A stretch of 64,000 nucleotides of DNA from Planctomycetota bacterium (GTDB taxonomy: Bacteria > Planctomycetota > PLA2 > JAEUHO01), in the NCBI GenBank assembly GCA_965223505.1, contig CBDCWP010000041.1, forward strand, positions 33,800 to 97,799, read 5' to 3'. The position numbers and the translations under genes are program-made. Below, piece after piece: positions 9,369 to 19,103 of the stretch; positions within the stretch are counted from its first letter, which is position 1; the number at the start of each line of letters is the position of its first letter. Below the pieces are notes generated by a model, which was not told the DNA's origin, searched no databases, and saw nothing but the letters and a program-made list of their open reading frames with translations.

Positions 9369-10862
9369 TCAGCGTCTGCGCCGACGGCGTACGGGCGCAT
9401 CGCGCTTGCGGCGCTTGGTCGGCGCAGGCGGCGCGTCACTCGCCGGGGGAGCGACGGGGGGCTCTGCCGGCGGCGATACGGGCGGCGCTACGGGGGGCTT
9501 CGGAGGCGGTGCAACCGGCGGCTTCGGCGGAGGCTGACTGACCGGCGGAGCCACGGGGGGCTTTGCCGGCGGCGCAACCGGCGGCTTCGGCGGCGGTTGA
9601 CCGACCGGAGGGGCCACAGGGGGCTTTGCCGGCGGCGCAACCGGCGGCTTCGGCGGCGGTTGACCGACCGGAGGGGCCACAGGGGGCTTTGCCGGCGGCG
9701 CAACCGGTGCGACCGGAGGTGCGACGGGCGGCGCGACCGGCGGCACCGGAGGCGCGACCGGCGGCTGCGACCCCAGCGGCGCGACGACCGGCGCCTGGAC
9801 GGGGTACTCCAGCGGATCCGGACCGAAGTCCACCGGGACGTACTCGGCCGGCACGTACCCGGAGATGTCCTCGCACACCTCGGCAACCGACTCGTAGCGG
9901 TTGTCGCGGTCCTTGGACGTCATCTTCACGATGAAGAAGTGGATTTCCGGCGAGATGCGCCGCGTCTTCACCTTCTGCGTGTCGAGCGACGCCATGATCT
10001 GCTTGGCCATCACCTCGTAGTCGGTCTCGCCGTGGAACGGCACGTCGCCGACTGCCATGTGGTAGAGCGACAGCCCGAGACTGTAGATGTCGGCCCGCGG
10101 ATCGAGATCGGAACGCCCGCGCGCCTGCTCGGGCGACAGGTATTCGACCGTGCCCACGGTCATCGTTTCTTCTTCGGGCTCCGCGGAGTCATCCATCCGC
10201 CGCACCAACCCGAGATCGATCATGCGCACGCGCCCGTCGGGATCGATCATCATGTTGCTCGGCTTCACGTCACGGTGCAGGAAGCCGGACTCGTGCAGGT
10301 ACTCGAGCGCGCGCGCCGTCTGCAGCGTGATGCTCAACGCCTCCTCGTTCTCGAGGTGGCCGCGGCGGTCGATGACCTCGAGCACCGTCATCCCGTCGAT
10401 CAAGTCCATCGAGAAGAAGTGGTATCCGGCCTCGTGCCCGCTCTCGTAGCCCAGCACGATGTTCTCGTGCTCGAGCTGGATCAAGAGCTGCGACTCGTGC
10501 TGAAAGCGCTCGAGGAACTCGGGCCGCAGCGCGTGAATGGGGTCCAGCACCTTGATCGCGACCGGCGCGCCGTTGGGCAGATACACGCCGCCGTAGACGG
10601 TCCCGCTGCCCCCCTCGCCCAGCACCTCCTCGATCCGGTAGTTCCCGAACGGCTGGGAGTCGAACAGCGACGGCGCCCGCAACACCTCCAGGCAACCCGG
10701 CGGCAGGTCCTTGCGCGCGTAGAGGATGCGCTCCAGCGTGAACGCCCGCCCTTTGGTACGCAGGTCGTCCTGCTGCTCGAACGCGTGACGCACGGTGTCC
10801 TCGCTCAACACACCGGCGGCGAGCAGCCGCTTTGCCAGGGTCAGATCTTCTTTCGACGCCAC
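9369..10862 (-). CDS. Hanks-type Ser/Thr protein kinase with Pro-rich C-terminal tail
   Basis: 'LGEGGSGTVY', 'VAIKVL', 'HRDVKPSN', 'DLG', 'GTVEYLSPE', 'DIYSLG'. Confidence 0.95.
   Translation of the reverse strand: MASKEDLTLAKRLLAAGVLSEDTVRHAFEQQDDLRTKGRAFTLERILYARKDLPPGCLEVLRAPSLFDSQPFGNYRIEEVLGEGGSGTVYGGVYLPNGAPVAIKVLDPIHALRPEFLERFQHESQLLIQLEHENIVLGYESGHEAGYHFFSMDLIDGMTVLEVIDRRGHLENEEALSITLQTARALEYLHESGFLHRDVKPSNMMIDPDGRVRMIDLGLVRRMDDSAEPEEETMTVGTVEYLSPEQARGRSDLDPRADIYSLGLSLYHMAVGDVPFHGETDYEVMAKQIMASLDTQKVKTRRISPEIHFFIVKMTSKDRDNRYESVAEVCEDISGYVPAEYVPVDFGPDPLEYPVQAPVVAPLGSQPPVAPPVPPVAPPVAPPVAPVAPPAKPPVAPPVGQPPPKPPVAPPAKPPVAPPVGQPPPKPPVAPPAKPPVAPPVSQPPPKPPVAPPPKPPVAPPVSPPAEPPVAPPASDAPPAPTKRRKRDAPVRRRRRR
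9510..9710 (-). repeat. 63-bp coding tandem repeat (about 3 copies; PPVAPPAKPPVAPPVGQPPPK)
   Basis: Near-identical units recur with a 63-nt period (e.g. at 9604 and 9667). Confidence 0.85.
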
Positions 10863-10921
10863 GCTGGGAGTTTCCGAGAGATGCCCGTGGGTTTCCAGTG
10901 CCCGCCCCGCGGCGGCGACGA

Positions 10922-12352
10922 TCAGTCGAGACGGTGGATCGACTCGACGAAGCGCTCGACCGCTGCGCGCCCGTCCTTCCAGGCGGTGAGCGGGCAGGCC
11001 AACAAGACCACCAGCCGACCGGGGTCACGGTCCACCACGACCGCGACGGTACGCACCTTGTCGCCTCGCAACGTCCCTTCCAGCTCCATGCGCCAGCCGT
11101 CGTCGAGCTCTTCGATCGCCTGGGCGCTCGAGACGACCTTCAGATCTTCGCAGGCCGTACGCAGCCGCTTCAGCAGCCAGGTCTCGCCGTCCTGCATGCC
11201 CGGGGCGATCCGCTGGCCCTCCGGATGCCACTCGAAGCGGGCGTCGGTCGTGATCGCCGCGGCGTTGGCGCGACCGAGCAAGCGCCATCCGGTGTGCAGC
11301 GGCGCAATCGCCTTCGCCTCGTACCTCCACGCCGAATCGGGCAGACGGAAGCCGATGCCCGCCTCGACCAGCTTCACGTCGCTGCGGTTCGGATCGCTCT
11401 CGCGCCTGCTGTTCTCTTCCCGCGCGGCCAACGCCTGCTCTTTGCCGACGGGCTTCGCCAGAATGCCGGGCTCCACGTGCTCCTCGTGCGGACGCGTGTC
11501 GCGGTGGAAGAACGCGATCAGCCGCTCGCCGTCCTGCTCCCAGTGAAACTCGTCGCGCTTCGGCTTGGGGTCCTCGTCCTCGCGCTCGTCGATGCCGACG
11601 AACCCTGCACGCACGCGCGACAGCTTGGCCTTCTCGCCGTCCACGATGTACGTGTCGACGATCTCGATCTCGCGCTCCCGTCGCAGGAGATGCTCGCGCA
11701 GGCCCAGCCGTCCGCGGGTACCGACCGCGAGCTCGATGTTCTTGCGCTTGCTCTTGCCGCCCTCGCTGATCGTCGCCCGCCAGATACCGTCGGTGACGTC
11801 ACCCGACACCGCGCGCTCGAACCGCCCGGGTCCGCCGGGGATCGCGGAACGCTCGCGGACCTCGCGAAACGCCAGACGACGCGGCATGAAGCGCAGGTCC
11901 ACCGACTCGTGGCGCCAGACCCGCATTGCGGGCACGTGTTTGCCCTGCGCGAAGTAGTTGAGGTTCTCCTCCAACCGGAAGCCGGGCGCGGTCTTGGAGC
12001 GCACGGTCCAGAGCTCCAGATGGCGCGTGCCGACGATGCGTCCCTCCGAGTAGAGCAGAAACCACTCGTCGCGCAGCGGCTCGACGTCCGCGCGTGTCGT
12101 CACGGCGCCCTCGCCGCGCTTGACGCTCACGACGTCCTCGATGGGCGCGGTGTACTCGAAGAATCCCGTCGCGGAGAAGCTGCGGATCACGACGTGATGA
12201 TCGCTCTCCTCGAGGATCTTGCCGTGGATCTGCTTGCCGCCCTTCAGGACGAGGAGATCGGTATTGCGCTCGTCCTTGGAACGGTCGTTCTCGTCGGCCG
12301 AGACGACGGCACAGCACACGAGCAGCACGCAGAAGATCGAGACATGACGCAT
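10922..12352 (-). CDS. Hypothetical secreted protein
   Basis: Signal peptide 'MRHVSIFCVLLVCCAVVSA', 'DLLVLKGGKQIHGKIL' N-terminal module, coding-like codon bias, co-oriented with neighbours. Confidence 0.75.
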   Translation of the reverse strand: MRHVSIFCVLLVCCAVVSADENDRSKDERNTDLLVLKGGKQIHGKILEESDHHVVIRSFSATGFFEYTAPIEDVVSVKRGEGAVTTRADVEPLRDEWFLLYSEGRIVGTRHLELWTVRSKTAPGFRLEENLNYFAQGKHVPAMRVWRHESVDLRFMPRRLAFREVRERSAIPGGPGRFERAVSGDVTDGIWRATISEGGKSKRKNIELAVGTRGRLGLREHLLRREREIEIVDTYIVDGEKAKLSRVRAGFVGIDEREDEDPKPKRDEFHWEQDGERLIAFFHRDTRPHEEHVEPGILAKPVGKEQALAAREENSRRESDPNRSDVKLVEAGIGFRLPDSAWRYEAKAIAPLHTGWRLLGRANAAAITTDARFEWHPEGQRIAPGMQDGETWLLKRLRTACEDLKVVSSAQAIEELDDGWRMELEGTLRGDKVRTVAVVVDRDPGRLVVLLACPLTAWKDGRAAVERFVESIHRLD

Positions 12353-12411
12353 GGCGCCATCCTACTGCGTTCTGGATCGAATCCGTGGATTCCACGGACG
12401 AACCGGCGTCG

Positions 12412-14343
12412 CTATTTGACGACGCGCTTGTTGCCGACGCGGCGCGAGAACCCGGATTTGTCGAGCGCCTCGAGCAGCGGGATGACCCACTTGCGCGTGG
12501 TGTTCATCACGGTGCGCGCGTCGGCAGGCGTGAATCCGCCCTGCGCCTGCGCGATCTCGGCCAGCTTCGCCTTCTGTGCTTCGAGCCAGCCCGCGTCGAA
12601 CCAGAAGTCCTCGGCCTTGAACACGAGACGGCGTTGGTGCAGGAGACGCAGCGCGCGGTTGAGCTCGGGGCTCGACAGACGCAGCTCCGCCTCCAGAGCG
12701 TCCACGGCGGGCGGCTGCCCGCCGCCGGCGGCAAGCAGCGCCAGGATGCTGTCGCAGCGCGCCTTGTCCTCCGGGGGGAGGTCGGACGAGTGATCCTTGT
12801 GCCGGACGTTGCCGTCCGCAGTCCGCACGAACGTGCCGGCGGCGGTCAAGCGATCGAGAACGGTGTCGAGCACGACGGGCTCCGTACGGCCCGCGGCCGA
12901 CCGCACCGCTGCGAGCGAGAGGGCGTCGACGGCGGCGTCCTTCTCGTGCAGCTTGCGAACCGCGGCTTCGACGCGCCGCGCGACCTTCTCGAACGCCGCG
13001 CCGGTGATCCAGCGGCCCGAGCGCCCCACCGCGACGGCCTCGCCGGACGACACGAGCGCCTCGACGAACGCCGGCAGCGAGCGGGGCTGCAACGCGGTGG
13101 CGGCCGCGATCTCGTCGAGCGTGCAGCCGCGCTCGCCGGAGGCTGTGATGCACGACGTCACGAGCGCCTGCGGATCGTCGAGGTGCTCCGCGAGCGCCAT
13201 CAACGCGTCGAGGCGGCCCTGGCGGCGCGGCGGAATGCGCCGGGTCAACAACTCGACGACGACGCCGCCCCCCCACGTCGACGACGCGTTCTCGGCGCGA
13301 AGCACCAGACGGTCACCGGGCGCCGCGACGAACGGCTTGTCCGACTCGAGCTCCACGATCGCGACGCCGCCCTTCTCGATGGGCTTGCGCGACGGCACGT
13401 GGACGCGCACGACGACCTGGTCCGACCCCAGATGCAAGCGCGCGCGATCGCCGTGTTCGATCCGCTTGCGAACGCTCTTCAGGACGCGCAACTTCGCGGC
13501 GACACGATGGACGGGCTTCAAGACGCCGGCGGTCGCCACGACCATGCCGCGCTTGACCTTGTCGACGTGGATGTCGGTGAGCGCGAGCGCGGCGCGATGT
13601 CCCGCGCGGGCGTCTTCCGACGATCGATGGTGCACCTGGATCCCACGCACGCGGCTCGGCCACACGGCCGGAAGCACATCGACGCGGTCGCCGTCGGCGA
13701 TCTGTCCGGAGATCGGAATGCCGGTGACGATCGCGCCGCGGCCGGGCGCCAGGAACGAACGCAACACCGGCATGCGGAAGATGCGCGCGTCGTCCGCGCG
13801 CTTCACGGACTCGGGAATGGTCGCCGAGATGGCGTCGCGCAACTCCTCGACGCCGTCGCCCGTCTCGGACGAGACGTAGAGGATCGGTGCGCCTTCCATG
13901 CCGGTCGTCGCGAGCAGGTCGCGGACCTCCTCGGCGGCGATGTCGCACATCTCCCTCTCGACGAGGTCCGTCTTGGTGAGCGCGACGACCAGGCGCGTCA
14001 CCCCGAGGACGTCGAGGATCTCGACGTGCTCGCGGGTCTGCGGCATCGGACCGTCGTCCGCCGCGACGACGAGCAGGGCGAGGTCCATCGCCGTGGCGGC
14101 CGCGACCATGGTGCGCACGAGCCGCTCGTGGCCGGGAACGTCCACCAACCCGACCTCGGTGCCGTCCTGGAGGCTGAAGGTCGCGTAGCCGACGTCGATC
14201 GTCATGCCCCGCTCGCGCTCCTCGGGCAGCCGATCGGCGTTCATCCCGGCCGTGAGCCGCTTCACGAGCGCAGTCTTGCCATGGTCGATGTGCCCGGCGG
14301 TCCCGAGGATCACACGGCGTACGGCGGGGGCGGTTGAGGTCAT
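12412..14343 (-). CDS. selB: Selenocysteine-specific elongation factor
   Basis: '[11 protein letters not shown]', '[12 protein letters not shown]', 'DVPGHERLV', 'PQTREH', and C-terminal SECIS-binding winged helix '[22 protein letters not shown]'. Confidence 0.96.
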   Translation of the reverse strand: MTSTAPAVRRVILGTAGHIDHGKTALVKRLTAGMNADRLPEERERGMTIDVGYATFSLQDGTEVGLVDVPGHERLVRTMVAAATAMDLALLVVAADDGPMPQTREHVEILDVLGVTRLVVALTKTDLVEREMCDIAAEEVRDLLATTGMEGAPILYVSSETGDGVEELRDAISATIPESVKRADDARIFRMPVLRSFLAPGRGAIVTGIPISGQIADGDRVDVLPAVWPSRVRGIQVHHRSSEDARAGHRAALALTDIHVDKVKRGMVVATAGVLKPVHRVAAKLRVLKSVRKRIEHGDRARLHLGSDQVVVRVHVPSRKPIEKGGVAIVELESDKPFVAAPGDRLVLRAENASSTWGGGVVVELLTRRIPPRRQGRLDALMALAEHLDDPQALVTSCITASGERGCTLDEIAAATALQPRSLPAFVEALVSSGEAVAVGRSGRWITGAAFEKVARRVEAAVRKLHEKDAAVDALSLAAVRSAAGRTEPVVLDTVLDRLTAAGTFVRTADGNVRHKDHSSDLPPEDKARCDSILALLAAGGGQPPAVDALEAELRLSSPELNRALRLLHQRRLVFKAEDFWFDAGWLEAQKAKLAEIAQAQGGFTPADARTVMNTTRKWVIPLLEALDKSGFSRRVGNKRVVK

Positions 14344-14440
14344 GGAGGTCCGTCGGAGGGCGTGGCTAGGTTGTCGAGGTCGCCGAGGCGGCGGGCAATC
14401 CTACCCGTCCCCCTGCTGTCGTGAAGGAGGGCCCTGCCCA

Positions 14441-16207
14441 ATGGTGCGTCCCCTGTGGGTGGTCGAACAGGTGGACGCCGAGGCGTCGAGCCGGGAGATC
14501 CCGGCTCTCGCCCGGGAGTTGGGCCTTCCGACTCTCGTCGCGCGGCTGCTCTGGCAGCGCGGCGTTCGAGAACCGTCCCGCGCCAGGAAGTTCCTGAGCC
14601 CCCGCTTGGCCGACCTCTCCCCTCCCGAGGGTCTGCCCAATGTGGACACGGCCGCGGAACGCCTGGCGCGGGCACTTCGCGAAGGCGAGCGGATCGCGGT
14701 CTGCGGCGACTACGACGTGGACGGCATGACCGGGACCGCCGTGCTGGTCCGGTTCTTCCGCCTCGCGGGCGGCGACGTCACGTGGTCGATTCCCAATCGG
14801 GAGAGCGACGGCTACGGCCTGAGTGTCGCCGGCATCGAGGACCTCGCCGAGCGCGGGGTCAAGGTGATCGTGACCGTCGACAACGGCATCACGGCGCTCG
14901 AGCCGATCGCGCGGGCGCGGGCGCTCGGCATGTCGGTCGTCATCACCGACCACCACCTACCGGGCGCGACGCTGCCCGACGCGTGCATCATCGTCAATCC
15001 GCATCTGGACGAGTCCGTCGACGCGACGGCGATGCCGTGCGGCTGCGCGCTCGCGTTCAAGCTCGCGTGGGCGATCGCCGACCGCATGCGTGACATGTTG
15101 CGCGGCGAGAAGCGAGCGGCGCTGCGCGCGTTCCTGCGCGACGCGGTCGGCCTCGCGGCGCTTGCGACCGTCACCGACGTCGTCCCGCTGCTCGGCGAGA
15201 ATCGCATCATGGTCACGGCGGGCCTCGGCTCGCTGCGGTCGTCGTCGCATCCGGGCATTCAGGCGCTCTTGTCGATCGCCGGCGTCGGAAACCTGCCGTT
15301 GACGACCGAGGACGTCGGATTCCGGATCGGCCCGCGACTCAATGCGGCCGGACGCCTGTCGAAACCGGAGCTCGTCGTCGAGCTCCTGACCGAGTCCGAT
15401 CCCAAGCGCTGCCGCGAGCTGGCGGCGGAGCTCGACCGGGCGAATGCGCTTCGGAAGGACATCGAGAAGGGCGTCGTGAAGCAGGCGATCGCCGAGGCCG
15501 AAGCGCTGCTCGCGTCCGGCGACCGCAAGTCGCTCGTCGTCTGGGGCGAGGACTGGCACCAGGGCGTCATCGGAATCGTCGCGGCCCGGCTCGTGGATCG
15601 ATTCCACAAGCCTTCGGTCGTGATCGGGCTCGCGGACGGCATGGGGCGCGGCTCGTGCCGAACGCCGCCCGACGTCCATCTGCAGCAAGCGCTGGCCACG
15701 TGCGACGAGCACCTCCTGCGCCACGGCGGCCACGCGATGGCGGCCGGCTGCGAGATCGACGCCGGCGACGTCGAGGCCTTCCGCGACGCGTTCGAGGCTG
15801 CCGTCGAGAGCCAGCTCGAAGACCGTTCGGCCGCGCGCACGCTGCGCATCGACGCCGTGACGGACGTGGACGACTGGAACCTGGGCGCCGTCCAGCAGAT
15901 GACGCGGCTCGCGCCGTTCGGCTCGCACAACCCCGAGCCCGTCTTCCTGGTGCCGCGCGCGCAGGTCGCGGGACGGCCGCGGTTGATGGGCCCCGCGTCG
16001 GACCATCTCTCGTTCGCACTGCAACAGACGGGCGGCGCGATCCGCGTGGTGGCGTTCCGTCGGGCGGACCTGTACGACCTCGCTTCGTCGGGCGACGAGC
16101 TCGATCTCGCGGTGACGCCGGTGCTGAACGACTGGCGCGGGACGCGCACGCCCGAGTTCCGACTCGTCGACATGCAGAAGCACGACCCTCGACGGACGCA
16201 GAGCTAG
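14441..16207 (+). CDS. recJ: ssDNA-specific exonuclease
   Basis: 'GDYDVDG', 'TVDNG', 'TDHH', '[10 protein letters not shown]', '[12 protein letters not shown]', 'GGHAMAAG'. AAGGAGG RBS before ATG 14441. Confidence 0.96.
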   Translation: MVRPLWVVEQVDAEASSREIPALARELGLPTLVARLLWQRGVREPSRARKFLSPRLADLSPPEGLPNVDTAAERLARALREGERIAVCGDYDVDGMTGTAVLVRFFRLAGGDVTWSIPNRESDGYGLSVAGIEDLAERGVKVIVTVDNGITALEPIARARALGMSVVITDHHLPGATLPDACIIVNPHLDESVDATAMPCGCALAFKLAWAIADRMRDMLRGEKRAALRAFLRDAVGLAALATVTDVVPLLGENRIMVTAGLGSLRSSSHPGIQALLSIAGVGNLPLTTEDVGFRIGPRLNAAGRLSKPELVVELLTESDPKRCRELAAELDRANALRKDIEKGVVKQAIAEAEALLASGDRKSLVVWGEDWHQGVIGIVAARLVDRFHKPSVVIGLADGMGRGSCRTPPDVHLQQALATCDEHLLRHGGHAMAAGCEIDAGDVEAFRDAFEAAVESQLEDRSAARTLRIDAVTDVDDWNLGAVQQMTRLAPFGSHNPEPVFLVPRAQVAGRPRLMGPASDHLSFALQQTGGAIRVVAFRRADLYDLASSGDELDLAVTPVLNDWRGTRTPEFRLVDMQKHDPRRTQS

Positions 16208-16361
16208 GTCGCGCTTCCAGGGCGCCGCGCTCGAGGCTCCCGCTCCTTCTCCCGCTCCCGGTTCGGTTTCGACATCAGCTCTCCGCCGATTCCGCTATCG
16301 AGGCGGGGCCCGGACGCACTGTGACCCGTGTTCGATCCCGCCGTCGTCCCGCCAGCGATCC

Positions 16362-16697
16362 CTACGCCTCGTACCCTTCGGGGGGCGCGCCCCCATCGAA
16401 GTACACGGCGAGCTGCCGCGCGACGCCCTCGTTGAGGAACTCCAGCTCGACGCGCACGATCGCGCCGACGGAGCGGACGGCGTCGCCCGGCTCGCCGTCG
16501 TCGCCGACCACCGGGTGTTCGAGGACCATGCGTTCGCCCTCGAACACGGGCTCTTCGAGATCACCCACCTGGACGAGCGCGCCGAGGCCGCCCAGGTTCT
16601 TGATCCGCACCTCGACGATGCGGCTGTTCGAGAGAAACATCACCCCGGCCAGATCGACGGGGCGGCGGATCGAGCGGCGACGTTCCTCGGTGCTCAT
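16362..16697 (-). CDS. Stand-alone PilZ-domain protein
   Basis: RxxxR 'ERRRSIRR' and (D/N)xxxxG-like 'NLGGLG', with terminal 'IVRV...AVYF'. Confidence 0.7.
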   Translation of the reverse strand: MSTEERRRSIRRPVDLAGVMFLSNSRIVEVRIKNLGGLGALVQVGDLEEPVFEGERMVLEHPVVGDDGEPGDAVRSVGAIVRVELEFLNEGVARQLAVYFDGGAPPEGYEA

Positions 16698-16719
16698 ACC
16701 GCCTCAATCCTAGCCGGGT

Positions 16720-17736
16720 ATGGCCCGAAAAGCCCATGTGGAGGATCCAACGGGCGTGCTAGACACGTTCCTGCGCATGGCCGAAGAACCCGAAACGAAG
16801 CGCGATCCGCCCGTCGGCGAGAAGCGTCTCCCGCTTCATCTCGTCTTGACATCCGGTTTCCTGATGGGGTCCGCCGACGCGGTTCCCGGCGTCTCCGGCG
16901 GCACGATCGCCCTCATCCTGGGCGTGTACGAGCGGCTGATCCGGTCGATCTCCACGTGTCTGAAGCTGCACGTGCTGCTGCGTTCGCGCACGGGACGCAG
17001 CGAGCTTCGCCGCGCGCTGGCCTTCCTGCTGCCGCTGCTCGCCGGCGTCTTGGCCGCGGTCTACATCGCGACGCTGTTGCTCGTCGGGCCGACCGACGAT
17101 CCGGGGTTCATTCGCAAGAGCGACACGGCGCCGCTCTGCTACGCGTTCTTCTTCGGTCTCGTCGTGCTGAGCCTGCGCGAACCGTGGCGCCGGCGGAAGA
17201 CGTCGCACTGGAGCCACTACGTAGCCGCCGTCCTGGCGTGCGCGGGCGCCGCCGTCTTCGTCGGGCTGCCGCACGCATCACGGGAACCCGCGACGTGGAT
17301 GCTCCTCATCGGCGGCGCGGCCGCGATCTCGGTCATGCTCCTTCCGGGCATCAGCGGCTCGTTGCTGCTGCTGATCATCGGCCAGTACACGACCGTCACG
17401 CGCGCCGTACACGATCGCAACCTCGGCGTGATCGGCATCTTCGTGCTCGGTGTGGCGCTGGGCGTGGCGTTGTTCGTTCCGTTGCTCAGGCGCCTCTTGC
17501 GAGTTGCGCACGACGTCACGCTCGCCGCGCTCACGGGGTTGATGGCGGGCTCCCTGCGGGCGCTGTGGCCATGGAAGAGCAACTACGACCTCAAGGAGGG
17601 TCCGCTGACGAACGCGGGCATCGGCGACAACGTCGCGGGCGTCCTCGTCGCCGCGGCGGTCGGCGCCGCCGCCGTGATCCTGCTCGCCATGCTGGAACGG
17701 AAGATCGAACGCGCGTCAGCGGGCGTCGAGGCCTGA
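16720..17736 (+). CDS. DUF368 membrane protein (undecaprenyl-phosphate translocase family); start uncertain
   Basis: 'MGSADAVPGVSGGTIALILGVYERLI', 'MLLPGISGSLLLLIIGQY', 'GSLRALWPW'. Confidence 0.92.
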   Translation: MARKAHVEDPTGVLDTFLRMAEEPETKRDPPVGEKRLPLHLVLTSGFLMGSADAVPGVSGGTIALILGVYERLIRSISTCLKLHVLLRSRTGRSELRRALAFLLPLLAGVLAAVYIATLLLVGPTDDPGFIRKSDTAPLCYAFFFGLVVLSLREPWRRRKTSHWSHYVAAVLACAGAAVFVGLPHASREPATWMLLIGGAAAISVMLLPGISGSLLLLIIGQYTTVTRAVHDRNLGVIGIFVLGVALGVALFVPLLRRLLRVAHDVTLAALTGLMAGSLRALWPWKSNYDLKEGPLTNAGIGDNVAGVLVAAAVGAAAVILLAMLERKIERASAGVEA

Positions 17737-18966
17737 GCGGACCTCGGTCCGCAGAAGGCCGTAGACGACGACGCCACCGACCGCGACGAGCACCGCCGAC
17801 ACGGCGAAGCCGACGCGTAGCGAGAACGCACTGGCCAGCCACAGCCCCAGGAACGGGGCGGGCGCGCTCCGCACCCCCACCAGGAAGACGTGTACGCCCG
17901 CATAGCGGCGGGCGCGGCCGGGCGGCGCGAAGTGCAGCGGGCCGAGCGTCCAGCCGATCGTCACGAACGACATCGCGACGCCGTACAGCACGAAGGACGC
18001 AACCAGCTGCCACGGCGTCTGCACGACGGTGACACACGCGAAGAAGGCCGCGAGCACGGCGAACGCGATGACGGTCACGCGCACGGGACCGAGCCGGTCG
18101 GCGACGCGCCCGATGAACAGCATCCCGACGATGTACGCCGCGGGAAAGGCGATGCCGCGCGCGTCCGCCCACTCGCCGTACTTCATCGCCAGCGGGCCTT
18201 CGGCCATCAGGATGATCAAAGGCGCGCCGCTCAACAACCCGACGCCGTAGAGCATGTAGCCGATCTCGTATCGTCGGAAGTCGCGATCCGCCTTCAGCAC
18301 CTCGTACGTTCGCACGCAGACGTCGCGGAGCACCTCGCCGACATCGCGTCGGGCCGACGGCGGCTCGCGCTCGCCGTCGCGGCGCCACCGAATCCGCGCG
18401 AGCACGAGGAAGCCCGCGAACCCGAGCACGGCTGCGATCGGAAACAGGATGGCGATCGACGCGTCGTCGTGGTCGAGCGCGAATCCGGCCAGCTTCGTCG
18501 CGCACAGGAACGCCAACATGGCGGCGATCTCGAGCTTCGAGAGAATTCGCGCACGCAGCGTGGACGCGTAGTTGGCCCGCAGCAGCGCACCGCGGTGCGG
18601 CAGGTAGGCGCCGATCATCAGATGGTGCAGCGCGATCACGCCGAGGAAGGGCCACAGCCAGGACTCGTGACCCGTGATCAGCGTCAAGCCGATCAGCAGC
18701 AGCGGGAGCTTGGCGATCGCCCCGACCCAGACGAAGACGCGGCGCGGATCCAGGCGCGCGAAGACGACCTCCCACACGGGCGCGAGCAACCACGGCACCT
18801 GGGCGGCCGTCACCAGCACGGGCACCACCCAGTCGGCCGCGCCGAACGCGCGCTTGGCAACGAAGCCGGCCAGGTCGAGGACGCCGAAGGACATCGCAAG
18901 CAACACGTCCGCCGGCAGCTGGTAGCGCCACGTGTAGCCGGCGAAGCGCTGGGAGACGGAGTTCAC
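17716..18966 (-). CDS. MFS transporter
   Basis: About 12 hydrophobic segments and motif A-like 'GRVADRLGPVR'. Confidence 0.85.
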   Translation of the reverse strand: MNSVSQRFAGYTWRYQLPADVLLAMSFGVLDLAGFVAKRAFGAADWVVPVLVTAAQVPWLLAPVWEVVFARLDPRRVFVWVGAIAKLPLLLIGLTLITGHESWLWPFLGVIALHHLMIGAYLPHRGALLRANYASTLRARILSKLEIAAMLAFLCATKLAGFALDHDDASIAILFPIAAVLGFAGFLVLARIRWRRDGEREPPSARRDVGEVLRDVCVRTYEVLKADRDFRRYEIGYMLYGVGLLSGAPLIILMAEGPLAMKYGEWADARGIAFPAAYIVGMLFIGRVADRLGPVRVTVIAFAVLAAFFACVTVVQTPWQLVASFVLYGVAMSFVTIGWTLGPLHFAPPGRARRYAGVHVFLVGVRSAPAPFLGLWLASAFSLRVGFAVSAVLVAVGGVVVYGLLRTEVRSGLDAR

Positions 18967-19103
18967 GGCAAGGGCCCGATTTCAGTGGTTGAGGAAACTA
19001 CAGGTGCTCGGACCTGCGACACAATGTGCAGCCGCCGCGCAACCCTCACCCGGCGACGGTCGCGCCGCTACCTTCTTGCGCGGAAATCGCTCCGGAGACA
19101 AGC

